A program made the position numbers and the translations under genes. The notes below the pieces were generated by a model. The model had not been told where the DNA came from and did not search any database. It saw only the letters and a list, made by a program, of their open reading frames with translations. This document shows, one piece after another, positions 13,691-31,453 of a DNA stretch of 64,000 nucleotides. Origin of the DNA: the human T2T-CHM13v2.0 reference genome, Homo sapiens. Location of the stretch: the NCBI RefSeq assembly GCF_009914755.1, contig NC_060927.1, one strand, 5' to 3'. How positions within the stretch are numbered: position 1 is the stretch's first letter; each line of letters begins with the position of its first letter.

Positions 13691-14329
13691 AATTATTAAA
13701 CCTCCTGGGATATTGCATTCCTCATCTTTACTCTTCTTGAAGGTATAAAAGGCTTCAGATAATTGCTCTGATTTCTCCTAACTCTAATAATCTAGGTAGG
13801 CTGTGTAGGCTGTATACTGCTGAACTCATAAGCCGAAAGCAATACTCTATTTTCACCTTGAGAGATGGGCAAGAAAACTAGTATTTGTGAAACAGACACT
13901 ATGTGTCAAGCACAAGGCTCATTTCCTTGACATGACATTGCCTTGGTGTGCTCATCATAATTTTAAAAGCAACAGTCATTGACATAATTCAACATGGTGA
14001 TAAATTGCTATAGATACATACATAAATTTACTGCTAATCAACCTCAGTCATTCTAGGATTACTCTTGATTGATGTGACAATTCTTGCATTGAATTAAAAT
14101 ATTTCAAGTCAAAAGAGCTTACTTTGAGTAAAGTTTAACTTGTGGATCAAATCTCATTATTTTTGTCTTACCTTTATATTGCAAGTATAGAGAGTAGATC
14201 TGCCTCTTGTAGAATGATATGAATGTTACATAAGAGAAAAAAAACATACTGATATGAAGGAATAAAGAGCCATTGTTTCATAGAAACTTGATCATGTTAT
14301 GCCAAATGCCATTTGAGTTTCAATTTACT

Positions 14330-14881
14330 TTGAGTTTCAATTACTATTGCTATATAACAAATTACCCCAAACCTTAGTGGATTAGAAAATTATCATTTTT
14401 TTTTCTGTTCAGTAATGTGTAAGTTGAACAGGCATCATCGAGGACTCATCTCCATTGGACACTTCACTAGGTGGGGGGCTTGATTGGAAACTGGCAAGCT
14501 TGTTTATTTGACCAGCAAGTTGGTATTGGCTGTTGGGAGTTCAGCAGGACCAGTGGGCTGGGACCTTGGTTCTTATTGAGAAGGACCTGTCCACAGCTGC
14601 ATAGGGTTCTTAATACTATAGTGGCTGGATACCAAGAGTAATTGTGCTAGTGGAACAAGGTAGAAGTGGATACATTTTTAGAAACTAGCTTCAGGAATCA
14701 TACTGCATCACTCCTATTGTTTTTTATTGGTCAAGACATTCACAAAAGTATACTAAATTTCAGGAGGAGAGGGATAGATTTTACTACTTGGTAGGGAGCA
14801 GTGTTAAAGTCATGCTGCAGTAAGAGCATGTTGGATAAGATATGTTGCTACAGCCATCTTTGGAAAACACAATCTGCCACA
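14330..14881 (-). mobile_element. MaLR solo LTR (MLT1H/G-like)
   Basis: Minus strand starts TGTGGCAGATTGTGTTTTCCAAAGATGGC; the 3' end carries the ..ttgttatatagcaatag motif. Confidence 0.7.
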
Positions 14882-16201
14882 GCCTTCCAGATCCATTTTG
14901 CACCTGCCATACTGCCTCCGCCTTGGGCAGCTGACCTATATGGACCAAAGAGAAAGGTTCCCTTATACTCTACCAGTTTCTTGGGATCCTCTTACAAGAT
15001 CTGAGGGAGAGAGGACAGTGAGTTTAGGGTATTTATTCGCCAAGATTCATCCTTGCAGGCTCTTTTGAGCTGACTGTGCCAAGAATCCAAGATAGGTTAT
15101 TTATTTATTTAAAGCAAAACTCTGGACTAGACACCCTTCAATTTGTGTCAGTAGCCTGTGTGTAAACCAGAGAAAGAACTCCCAATGGCTCAGAGAGAAT
15201 AAATTTATACCTCTCCCAGGAGAGTTGCTCCCAAAGAGATCACACTATTTTTATTACAATCACAGACCTATGTAGTCTGGCAATTCTCTTGATACTTCAG
15301 AAGTGTGAATTTTTCATCTCAAAGTCATATTGAAAAAGATAAAGAAGGAAAGACTAGGTTTGATATCAGCTGTAACTATCGATAGACTATTTTCCTGGTA
15401 AAGTGCATGATCTAAAATTTTAAAGTTAGGATAAGAAAAAAAAGGTTTATAAAATCAGAATGTTTTACATAAAAATAATTTAGAAAACCCAATCCACCTA
15501 AAATTCCTGAGTCTCTGAGTCTAAACTTTTCAATAACCCCAAATGAACCATTTATTATTCACTTTCTTAATCATGTTCAGATCAGTTAAATGTTATAATT
15601 AAATGTCATGCCTTGCAAAGTAGAATGATTTTCTTTCTGAAATTAGAGCAAACCATCTAAGTCAGCATGAACAGTTCCATCTCAATAAAGAGACAAGTAA
15701 CCCAATTAAAAAATGGGCCAGCTAACCTGACTTTTGGTTTCTGATGGGCAGGTAAGGAACTTAGAAGATGTCACTCTCTCCTAACAACAAATAAAGAGCT
15801 GAACAAACTGAAAAATCAACAACTAATTCTTAGATCTGGCAGAGAAGTGAGGTCATAGGACAAACGGCTTCCCCTTAATCAGACAGACAGGTGGATACAG
15901 ATAATCACAACTTGGAGTAAAAACATCCCCAGGAACCAGTGCTGGGCAGGAAAACATGAACTATAATTGAGTAATTGCTGGAAGTTCAGTGTGGACAATT
16001 CCGTGAGTTAAAAACTCCACGAAGAGCCAATCATAGGGGGTGCTGCACACTTGTGTTAATTTTGCCTCAGAGAGTTCTACTGGGTCCTCACAGTGAATAT
16101 TGGAAAAAAAAAATCCCCTCATGTTTCTGGTAGTTGTGGGGGGAAAACAGACCATTTTGAGATACATTAGAACATTCTGTTCTTAAAAAGCTCTGACCTC
16201 A

Positions 16202-16536
<335 letters not shown>

Positions 16537-17531
16537 CTAATCTGCTGGGGTTTTCTAAGAGTCTAGGAGGGGAGAAAAATAGCCAACTCCAGGCCCCTTA
16601 AGCCATCCTGTTCCACGTAAGAAGGGACAAAGACTGAGAAGCACTGGTGAAGTTCACAGTCTAGGGGCATAAGTTCATTAGACGACTGAGACCTACTCAT
16701 AGGACTACAACATTCTTTCCCTCACCCTCACACCTTACCATTACATTACTAGAGGCTTATTTGTGGCAGTCCCTTTTACCCAGTATATCACATCTGCCTT
16801 TCAACAAAAAATTACAAGGCATACTAAAAGGCAAAAATACATAGTTTGAAGAGACTGAACAAGCATCAGAACAAGAGTAAGATATAGCAGGAATGCTGGA
16901 ATTATGAGACCAGGAATTTTAAAATTCTATGATTAATGTATTAAGGGGTTTAGTGAAAAAATAAACAAACATGTAAGAAAAGATGGATAAGGCAAGCAGA
17001 GAGATAGACATTCTAAGAACCAAAAACAAAAAAAAAAAGGTTAGAGATTGAAAACACTTTAACAGATATAAGGAACGACTTGGATTGGCTTATTAATAGA
17101 CTGGGCATGGTTGAGAAAAAATTTCTGAGCTCAATGATACAAAAATAGAATCTTACAAAACAGAGAAAAACAGACTGAAAAAAACAGAACAGAATATGCA
17201 AGAACAATGGAACAACTACCAAGGGTATAACATACACATAAGGGAAATATCAGAAAGAGAAGAAAGGGAGAAAGGGAAAAAAGCAATTTTTGAAGCAATG
17301 GTGACTAAGAGTTTCACTCTAATAATGTCAGATACAAAATCACAGATCTAGGGAGCACAGAGAACACCAAGTAGAATATATGCCCCCAAGAAAACAGAAA
17401 GTCACAAAAACTAAAACAAGCAAACAAAACCCAAGAAATAAAACACCTTGGCATACCACAGAAAATGAAAGATTAAAAAAAAAATTTTGTAAAAAGTGAA
17501 AATTTTAAAAAACACTTTTTCCATAGAGAGG

Positions 17532-18054
17532 TGTGGAAGCCATAGACTCTTGGCTCCCTAAATGCTTGCTTAGAAATCACTGACATGAGGCAGTTGATTA
17601 ATAGAGAAAAGACATACAAATTTATTTTCTGTGCATACGTGGGAGTCTTCTGTATGAAGACCCAATTTCCAAATGGGTCACAGAAATTTATACACCATTT
17701 TGAGGTTACGGAAAGAATGATGGCTTAGTAAAACAGGTTATGGAAGGTGGGAGAAGTGTCTGGATGGCAAAGCTGGCCTTGTATGTACATGAAGCCTCCC
17801 TCAGAGAGAATAGATGATACATGTTTCATTTCAGACTTCTAAATGTGTCAGACCCTCAATCTCTCCTGGATCTGGGGAAAGACATAGAAAGGGAAAGGGG
17901 CATGGCTGCATTAATGGGGATTATCTAGAGATCCAAATTTTCCCCATTTACTACAACAGCTTTGCAAAGCAGTTTTGTGGAGATGGCCAAGCAGTACCCA
18001 TTTCAAAATATGTCAAATAAATATATGTTGGGGAAAATATTTTAATTTCCTTCA
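17532..18054 (-). mobile_element. ERV1 solo LTR (MER34/MER39-like)
   Basis: Minus strand begins TGAAGGAAATTAAAATATTTTCCCCAACATATATTTATTTGACATATTTTGAAATGG and ends ..CCACA. Confidence 0.7.
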
Positions 18055-18191
18055 ACTCCAACCCCATTCATGAGGGCTTTACCCCAATGCCCTATTCACT
18101 TCTAAAAGTCTCCACCTTCTAAGACCACTACTGTGGGAGTTAGGATTTCAACATGCAAATTTTGAGAAGACACAAATATTTAGACATAGCA
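18055..18191 (-). mobile_element. MaLR LTR 5' fragment (MLT1A/MST-like)
   Basis: Minus strand TGCTATGTCTAAATATTTGTGTC..CATGTTGAAATCCTAAC. Confidence 0.65.
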
Positions 18192-18868
18192 ACATGCTAT
18201 GAAATGAGAAAAAAAGCAATCATATAAAATTCTCAATTAAACCACAAATGGCAGCAAGTGAGGAAGGCAAAAAAGGAACAAAGAACAAGATTAAAAAATA
18301 GAAAACTGTAAGAAATATGATAGAAATTAATGCAGATATCTCAATTACTACTTGAATATCTATAATCTAAATGCATCAATTAAAAGATAGAAATTGCCAG
18401 AATGTATCAAAAAGCCTAGACCCAATTACATGTTGTCTACAAAAACCTATGTTATATATGAAGACACACATAGATTAAAAGGGATAGCGAAATATATACT
18501 ATGATTGTACTAATCAAAAGACAGCAGGAGTAGCTATATTAATTTCAAATATAGCAGAATTCAGATTAAGGAAAGTTGTCAGGGCTAATGAGGGGCATTA
18601 CATAATAAAGGGACACTCCAAGAGGATGTAACAATTCTTTACGTGTATTTACCTAACAACAGAGCATCAAAATACATAAGGCAAATACAGATAGAACTTC
18701 AAGGAGAAACAGAGGAATCCAGTATCATATTTGGAGACTTCAACACCTCTCTATCAAGAATGAACAGATCCAACAGGCAGAAAACAAGTAAAGACTTAGT
18801 TGACCTCAACAGTACCTTCAATCAATTGTATATAATGGACATCTATAGACTACTTTATCCAACAGCAG

Positions 18869-19504
18869 TGTCAGAGGCGTTTGAATCAGAGTGACTCCAC
18901 CTTGAGTCACAGCCATAGTAAAATGAGGCTGAGACCTTCTGTACTGCATTCCCAGGAGGTCAGCCATTCTTATTCACAGGGTGAGACAGGAGGTTGACAC
19001 AAGATACGGGTCACAAAGATCCCATTGGTAAAACAAAAATGTAGTAAAGAAGCCAGCTGAAACCTATCAAAATCAAGATGCCAATAAAAGTGACCTTTGG
19101 TCATCCTTGCTGCTTGTTATACCCTAATTATAATGCATTAGCATGCTAAAAGACACTCCTGCCAGTGCCATGACAGTTCACATATGCCATGGCAACATCT
19201 AGAGGTTACCATATGTGGTCTAAAAGGAAGAGGAACCCTAAGTTCTAAGGAGTTGCTGTCCCTTTCCTGGAAATCTCATGAATAATCCATCCCTTGTTTA
19301 GCATATAATCAATAAACAACCATAAAAATAGTTATCCAGCAGATCTCGAGGCTGCTCTGCCTATGGAGTAGCCATTCTTTGTTTCTTTACTTCCCTGATA
19401 AACTTGTTTTCTCTTTACTCTGTGGACTCACCCTAAATTCTTTTCTTGCACAAGAATTAAGAACCCTCTCTTGGGGTCTGGATTGGGATTCCTTTCCAGT
19501 AACA
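18869..19504 (+). mobile_element. MER41 (MER41B-like) ERV1 solo LTR
   Basis: Starts TGTCAGAGGCGTTTGAA, ends CCAGTAACA, ~635 bp, AATAAA at ~19310. Interrupts the old L1 at acagcag / acagcag. Confidence 0.88.
19264..19272. promoter_or_regulatory. GAS (STAT) motif TTCCTGGAA within the MER41 LTR
   Basis: Exact TTCNNNGAA at the position of the MER41B tandem GAS. The partner site (19243-19251, TTCTAAGGA) is degenerate. Confidence 0.5.
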
Positions 19505-20707
19505 ACAGCAGGTTACACATTTTTCTCAAGCTCATATGGAATGTTCACCAAGAAAGACCACATACTGGGCTAGAAAACATACCTTAAAAATGTAAATGTA
19601 TAAAAAATTCGTACAATGTCTCCTCTCAGACCGTAATAGAATTAAACTAAAAATCAATAACAGTAGCTAGAAAATCCTCAAATACTTGGAGATTAAATTA
19701 CACTCTTCTAAATAACACATGGATCAAAGAAAAAATCTCAAGTGAAATTGAAAAAGATCTTGTGGTGCTGGGATAATTGGTTATTCATATGCAGAAGAAT
19801 GAAGCTGGACCCTTCCCTATCACCATACACAAAAATTAAGTCACGACGGATTAAAGACTTAAATGTAAGACATGAAACAATAAAAATCCTAGGAAACACC
19901 CTATGAAAATATTTTATATGGAAATACCCCATAAAAACATAGGAAATACTCTTTTTAATACTGGCCTTGGCAAATAATTTATTACTATGTCCTCAAAGGC
20001 AATTGCAACGTAATCAAAAATTGACAAGTGGGACCTAATTAAACTAAAGAGCTTCTGCACAGCAAGATAAATGATCAAGGGCATAAACTTACAGAATGGG
20101 AGAAAATACTTGCAAAGTAAGTATCCAATAAATGTCTAAGATTCAGAATCTATAAGGAACTTAAATCAACAATCAAAAACATAACCCTGATAGGAAGTGG
20201 GCAAATGACATGAACAGACACTTTTCAAAAGAAGATATACGAGTGGCCAAAAAACATATGAAAAAATGCTCATCATCACTAATCACCAGAGAAATGCAAA
20301 TCAAAACCACAATGAGATACCATCTCACACCAGTAAGAATGGCTTTTGTTAAAAAGTAAAAAAATAACAGATGATGGCAAGGTTGTGGAGTAAAGGAAAC
20401 AGGTATACACTGTTGGTGGGAATGTAAATTAGTACAGGCATTGTGAAAAGCATTTTGGAGATTTCCCAAAGAAGGAAAAGCTGAACTCCATTTAACCCAG
20501 CAATCCCATTACTAGGTACATAACCAGAGGAAAATAAAGCATTCTGCCAAAAACACATATGCACCCATATGTTCACCACAGTATTATTCACAATAGCAAA
20601 GATATGAAGTCCACCCAGGTGCCCATTAATGGGAGACTGGGTAAAGAAAATGTGGTACATATATACCATGAAATACTCTGCAACCATGAAAAAGATGAAA
20701 TCATGGT

Positions 20708-24680
<3,973 letters not shown>

Positions 24681-24992
24681 GCAGCTTTTCAAAAAAGTAA
24701 ACAAAAACAACAACAACAAAAAATTCAGACAGATCCAACTTCATGAAGACGTCCCTGAGCCTCATGGTTAGAACTCATGGTTAGAACTAACCACTCCCTC
24801 CAGTGCACAACCTTTAGAGCACACTTTTATTGTGGACATATGCAATTTTTCATGTATGCCAGCCTCCTCTGATAATAGTAAGCTCTTCAGAATCAGGATT
24901 ATGTCTTGTCTATGTCTATATCCTCAACTGGGCACAGTGCTTGAAATTCAGCACATATTCAATAAATATATGTTGAATTGAAAAAAAAAAAA
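24681..24992 (+). other. L1 3' transduction (non-L1 sequence with AATAAA and poly(A))
   Basis: About 300 bp of non-L1 DNA between the L1 tail and the 3' TSD. AATAAA at 24961-66, with poly(A) starting 14 nt later at 24981. Confidence 0.85.
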
Positions 24993-25980
24993 GAATGAAA
25001 TCATGGCTTTTGCAGCAACATGGATGCAGCTGGAAACCACCATCTTAAGTGAACTAACAGCAACAGAAAACCAAATACCAAATGTTCTCAGTTATAAGTG
25101 GGAGCTAAACACTGGGTATACATGAACATACATATAAGAACAATAAACACTGGAGAATACAAGAGGGAGGAGGACTGGGGGCACAAGAATTGAAGACTAT
25201 TGGGTACTATGCTCAGTACCTGGGTGATGGATTCAAATACTCCAAACCTTGGCATCATGCAATATACCTTTAACAAACCTGTATGTGTGCCCACTGATCC
25301 TAAAATAATACTTAAACAAAAATAAAATTTGTATATATTATATGATTTTATCTCAATAAAAGGTGGTTTTAAATTAAAAAAAGATTTTGAACTAAACAAA
25401 AACAGAAATACAACATCATAATTTGTAGAATATAGTCAAAGCTACGCCTAGAGGAAAATTTATGTCATTGAGTGCATATAAAAGCAAAAAGAAGGAGCCA
25501 AAACCAATAATCTAAGCTTTTTGCTTCAGAAAACTGGAAAAATAGAGCAAATCAGATCCAAATAAAAGGAATAAAAAAAATCAACAGTGAAAATGAATAA
25601 ACTTGAAAACTGCAAGTCAACAAAGGAAATCAGCAAAAGCTGATTCTTTGAAAAGAGCAATAAAATCAATCATCTCTAGCTAGGCTACTTAAGAAAAAAA
25701 GAGAAGACACAAATAACTAGTATCAGAAATTAAAAAGGAAACATCATTACAGACCCTATGTATATTAAAAGATAATAAAAAAATTATGAACAATGCTATG
25801 TCTACAAATTTGAGAACCTAGATGAAATGGATCAATTCCTTGAAAGATATAATCTGCCAAAAGTTATACAAAAATAAGTAGATAACACAAATAGTCTTAC
25901 ATATAATAGATACATTGAATCAATGATTAATAATTTTCCCAAACAGAAAGCACCAGGTCCAGATGGGTTCAATGGTGAAT

Positions 25981-26218
25981 CCGAGGTGGGCAGATCACCT
26001 GAGGTCAGAAGTTCGAAATCAGACTGGCCAACATGGTGAAACCCCGTCTCCACTAAAAATACAAAAATTAGCCAGGTGTGGTGGTACACAGTTGTAGTCC
26101 CAGCTACTTGGGGAGCTGAGGCAGGAGAATTGCTTGAACCCAGGAGGCAGCAGGTGCAGTTAGCTGAGATTGTGACATTGCACTCCAGCCTGGGTGACTC
26201 AAAAAAAAAAAAAAAAAA
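25981..26218 (+). mobile_element. AluS-type, 5'-truncated, no TSD
   Basis: Begins ccgaggtgggcagatcacctgagg; A-tail 26201-26218. Confidence 0.93.
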
Positions 26219-27369
26219 GATGTTAACAGAATGAGAAGATGAGCCATAGACTTGGAGAACATATTTGCAAAAGACAAATCTGACAAAGGGCTGTTAGACA
26301 AAATATAGAAAAATCTCTTAAAACTTCCCAATACAAAAATGAACACCCTGATGAAAAAGTGGGCAAAAGACCTGAACCAACACTTCATCAAAGACTATAT
26401 GCAGATGGCAAGTAAGAATACAAAAATATGTTCAACATCATATTTCACTAGGGAATTGCAAATTAAAACGAGATACCACTACATATCTATTAGATTGGCC
26501 AAAATCCAGACACTGACAACATAAAATTCTGGCGAGGATGTAGAGTAGCAGGAACTCTCATTTATCACTGGTGGGGATGCAAAATGTTATAGCCATTCTG
26601 CAAGACAGTCCAGCAGTTTCTTACAAAATTAAACATACTCCTACCATAAGATCCAGCAATCATGCTCTTTGGTACTTACCAAAATGAACTGAAAACTTAT
26701 GTCCAATAAAAAACTGCACACAGATGTATATAGCAGCTTTATTCATAATTGCCAAAACATGGAAGCAACCAATATATCCTTTAGTAGATGAGTGGATAAA
26801 TAAACGGTGATACATCCAGATACTGGGATATTATTCAGCACTAAAATGAGCTGAGATATCAAGCCATGAAAAGACATGGAGGAACTTAAAAGTATATTAC
26901 TAAGTGAAAGAGGCCCATTTGAAAAGGCTATATACTATATGAGTCCAACAATATGACATTCTGGAAAAGGCAAAACTATTGAGACAATAAAAAGATTAGT
27001 GGTTGCCAGAAGTTAGGAGGGCTGGAAGAAATGAACAGGCAGGGTACAGAGGATTTTTAGGGCGGTGAAGCTATTCTGCGAGATACTACAACAGTGGATA
27101 CATGCCATTATACACTTGCACCAATAGAATGCACAAGATGAAGAATGAACTCCAATGTAAACTATTAACTTGGGGTAATAATGATGTGTCAATGTAGGTT
27201 CATAGATTATAAAAAATGTGCCACTCTGGTATGGGATGCTGATAGTTGAGGAGGGTGTGTGTGTGGGAGGATGGGGGCACATGGGTACTTTCTGTACTTT
27301 CAGTTCAATTTTACTATGAACCTTAGCAACTGTGTAATAAATAAAGTTTATTTTTTAAAAGGGGTCCAT

Positions 27370-27660
27370 CTCAAATGACCACATATTATGTTTCCATTTA
27401 TATGAAATGTCCAGAATATGCAAATAGGTATATAGAGAAAGTAGATCGGTGGTTGCCTCTGCCTGAGGGTGAAGGTTGGGGATTTCGAAAGTTCTGGTTA
27501 AGGGATATGAGCTTTCTTTTTGAGATAACAAAGATACTCTAAAACTAACTATTGCAATGAAAGTACAGCTCTGTGAATATGTTAGAAGCCACTGCATCTT
27601 ATACTTTAAGTGGATACATTGCATGGTATGGGAATCACATCTCAATAAAGCCATTAAAAA
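27370..27660 (+). mobile_element. L1MB-like 3' end fragment
   Basis: gaccacatattatg..ccatttatatgaaatgtccagaata..ctcaataaagc. Confidence 0.7.
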
Positions 27661-28194
27661 ACTACCTAAGCCAGCATGAGTAAAGGTAAAGCTATCATCA
27701 GCAGATACCATTTTTCTCCTCATTTGATATGATTTATTTGTTTATTTATGGAATTTATTGCATTTCCCCTTTTTTTGACTTCAGGCTCCTTTTGCAAGAT
27801 GTACTCATGAACCTTAATCCTGTCAGCCTTTGTCAAACAAAATAAGCCAAAATTATAAACTGCAGCTCTTTCCACCAGTCAACATCAGCGTCAGCCTCCC
27901 AGAGATGAGATTTTTTTTAAATTTTCAAGTCACAGCTGTAGGTAAATATCTGTTAAGATATTTAAAATTTGGAGGAACTGAAGGAATTATAAACAATATC
28001 AAATGAATTACTACTGACTCTCTTAGAACTTTCAGAGATTTAAAAAAAACCATATATTACTGTATTTGGATTTTTGTATGCTGGTATATACACAAATATA
28101 CTCACATGTACATAAACATATACAGTGTAATTCTTTGGTGGTATCTTATATTTTTCAATATGAATTCCAATAGTGGAACTCCAGTATGTCCTAA

Positions 28195-28511
<317 letters not shown>

Positions 28512-30684
28512 AAAGGCAACTCTTCTAAGAATTGTCAAGTGATGTAATTTTATTGAAGGCTTGTGGTGAAACAAGATGAAGTTCACAGCAAAATCTGCCA
28601 GAAGTTTTCTTTAAATATCTGTATTTCTTTCAAAGTTTTTCTCCCAGAGTCATAACTTCTCTAACATCCCAAAATAGTCTTCTGTAACCTTTACGAACAT
28701 TGGTTCTAAAATCTGCCTGTCTCTCCTCAAATTCTCCTAGCTTTATATCCCACTCAATCCAAGAAAACTAATGAAAATTCTTAGCCAAAGAAGAAGGTAG
28801 ACTTGTTTGATTACTCAAAAATGAAAAAAAAAATTCTGAAAGATGTAATAGACAAAGTTAACAGAAAAGTGACATAAAATTTGTCCTCTGTGAAAGGTGG
28901 AGCCTGTACTGTGAGAGAAAACTAGTATATATATCGGGAATTTGTGTGTAAGTGAAAGATTTCCTGCTGTGCTCCAAAGAATTCTCTTCAAAGGACACAT
29001 GAAGGAGGTAACAATCTGATACATGCACATTAATACATGTATTGAAATATCAGTTTGTACCCCATAAATATGTACAATTGTTGCATGTCTATTAAAAATA
29101 AAAGCAAAATCTGATATGCACATGTAAATTTCATTACTTTGTCTTTGGCAAAAAAAAAAATCTTATGTAGCTGAGAGTTGTCTTGAAGCAGTTTGCATTT
29201 TGTTTTATAACTTTTGAATGTTACTCTATGCTAGATTTTCTTTTAAATTAATATCCTATACAATAATCCAGGCAACTAGGTTTTGTTGTGAATTTCTCTA
29301 GCTAGAAATAAAAGGTAGTTTTTTCTTGCTCTTCTCTGCAGAAGTAAACTTGTATTTCACAAGAGATAGTATCAACTCCCAATTTTCTTGATTTGGAAGA
29401 GTCAGTTATAATTCCCAATCTTTCCTCAGTATCCAAATTCCTAATAAGCAAATGGAGAGATTTTCAATCTCATTAATCTGAGAAATGAGAGGTTGGGGGT
29501 AATGAGATATGGCTTCTCAGCCATCTGTTGGCAAAAATTTTAAAAAAATGAAGGAAAAACTCGTGCAGAAAAGAATATGGGGAAGCAGGACCCCTTTACT
29601 AGTACTGATAGGAATATAAATAGCTGCAGCTTTCCTGGGGAACAATTTAGAAATAATACTACCACTACTGCTGGCAGTAGTAATGACCCAAAAGAGCTAA
29701 CTTCTGTTGTCCTTGGCACTTTACAAATACCTCTAAGTAAAGTATTATCAACATCTCAATTTTGCAGATGATGTAACTGAGACAGAGATAAAGATCAACA
29801 GTATATAAGAGAAAGGCATAGGTTTCAAACGCTGACATTCTGTTTCAGATTTTGGAATGATGAAACTATATGTGTGTCACACCAATCTGATCTACTAATT
29901 TCCTATCTGAGCTAATACCCCCAGAATATTCTCTGGAAATTAATGACGAGGCATCATTACTTGTCTTTCAAAGTGCTATTAACTATTCTTATCCCTACTT
30001 GATTTCTTACTCTAAGCACTCTCAGAATTGTTTAAACTGAGATCTGATTGGTAGTATTTTAAAGTTTTGGAGAAACCTGGGAAAAATTAAAATCTTGTAA
30101 TGTGTGCCTGCTTTATTTCATCTAGAAATATTGACTATTTCATGTTTCTTTCCCCCTCTCTGTCTGTCATTATATCTCTCTTTCTATCTCTGGCCAAATT
30201 TAGAGAGTATTGTAGGTGCTTTTATGTAGGCCTCACACACTTCTTGTACAAATTATTAACATGAATTTATCTATCTTTTCAGGGAGGTTTTGTCCTGTTA
30301 TATTTTCTCATTGGTTATTGTTGATACAAAGGAAAACTATTACTTAAAAATGTTAATACATATTTTAAGTAGACACATATTAATTGTACATATTTATGCA
30401 TTACAGTGTAATATTTAGATATATGTATGAGATATATAATAATCAAAATAGAATAATTAGCGCATCTGTCACCTCAAAGCATTTATTTGTGTTGGGAACA
30501 TTCAGAATCCTGTATTCTAGCTATTTGAAAACATACAACAAATTATTATTATAGTCACCTTACAGTGCTATAGACAACTAGTTGTAAGAAAGCTATGAAT
30601 ATCCTCCTATCTAGCTGTAAGGAAGCTATTATTTTTTGCAATTTACCTGGCATCCAAGCAGTTGACTGAAGTCATTAATTAAAA

Positions 30685-30778
30685 AAAAATTTAGAGTTGA
30701 TACTATTGGGTTTTGAGTAGCCCTAATATAAAAAATTTTAGAGTTGATACTATTGGGTTTTGAGTAGCCCTAATATAA
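30685..30778. repeat. 47-bp tandem duplication
   Basis: ttagagttgatactattgggttttgagtagccctaatataa occurs at 30691 and 30738. Confidence 0.95.
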
Positions 30779-30936
30779 TTTTGTCCTCAAATAATGTTTG
30801 TTTCCTTATTTTCATAGTCACCTTTTATTTGTTTCATACTTTATTGCATTGACCCAAATATGTCCAAATGATATTTGTGTGTAGCCTCACCTTGTTGATG
30901 ATTTAAATAACAATATTTCTGGTATTTTTCCTTTAA

Positions 30937-31453
<517 letters not shown>

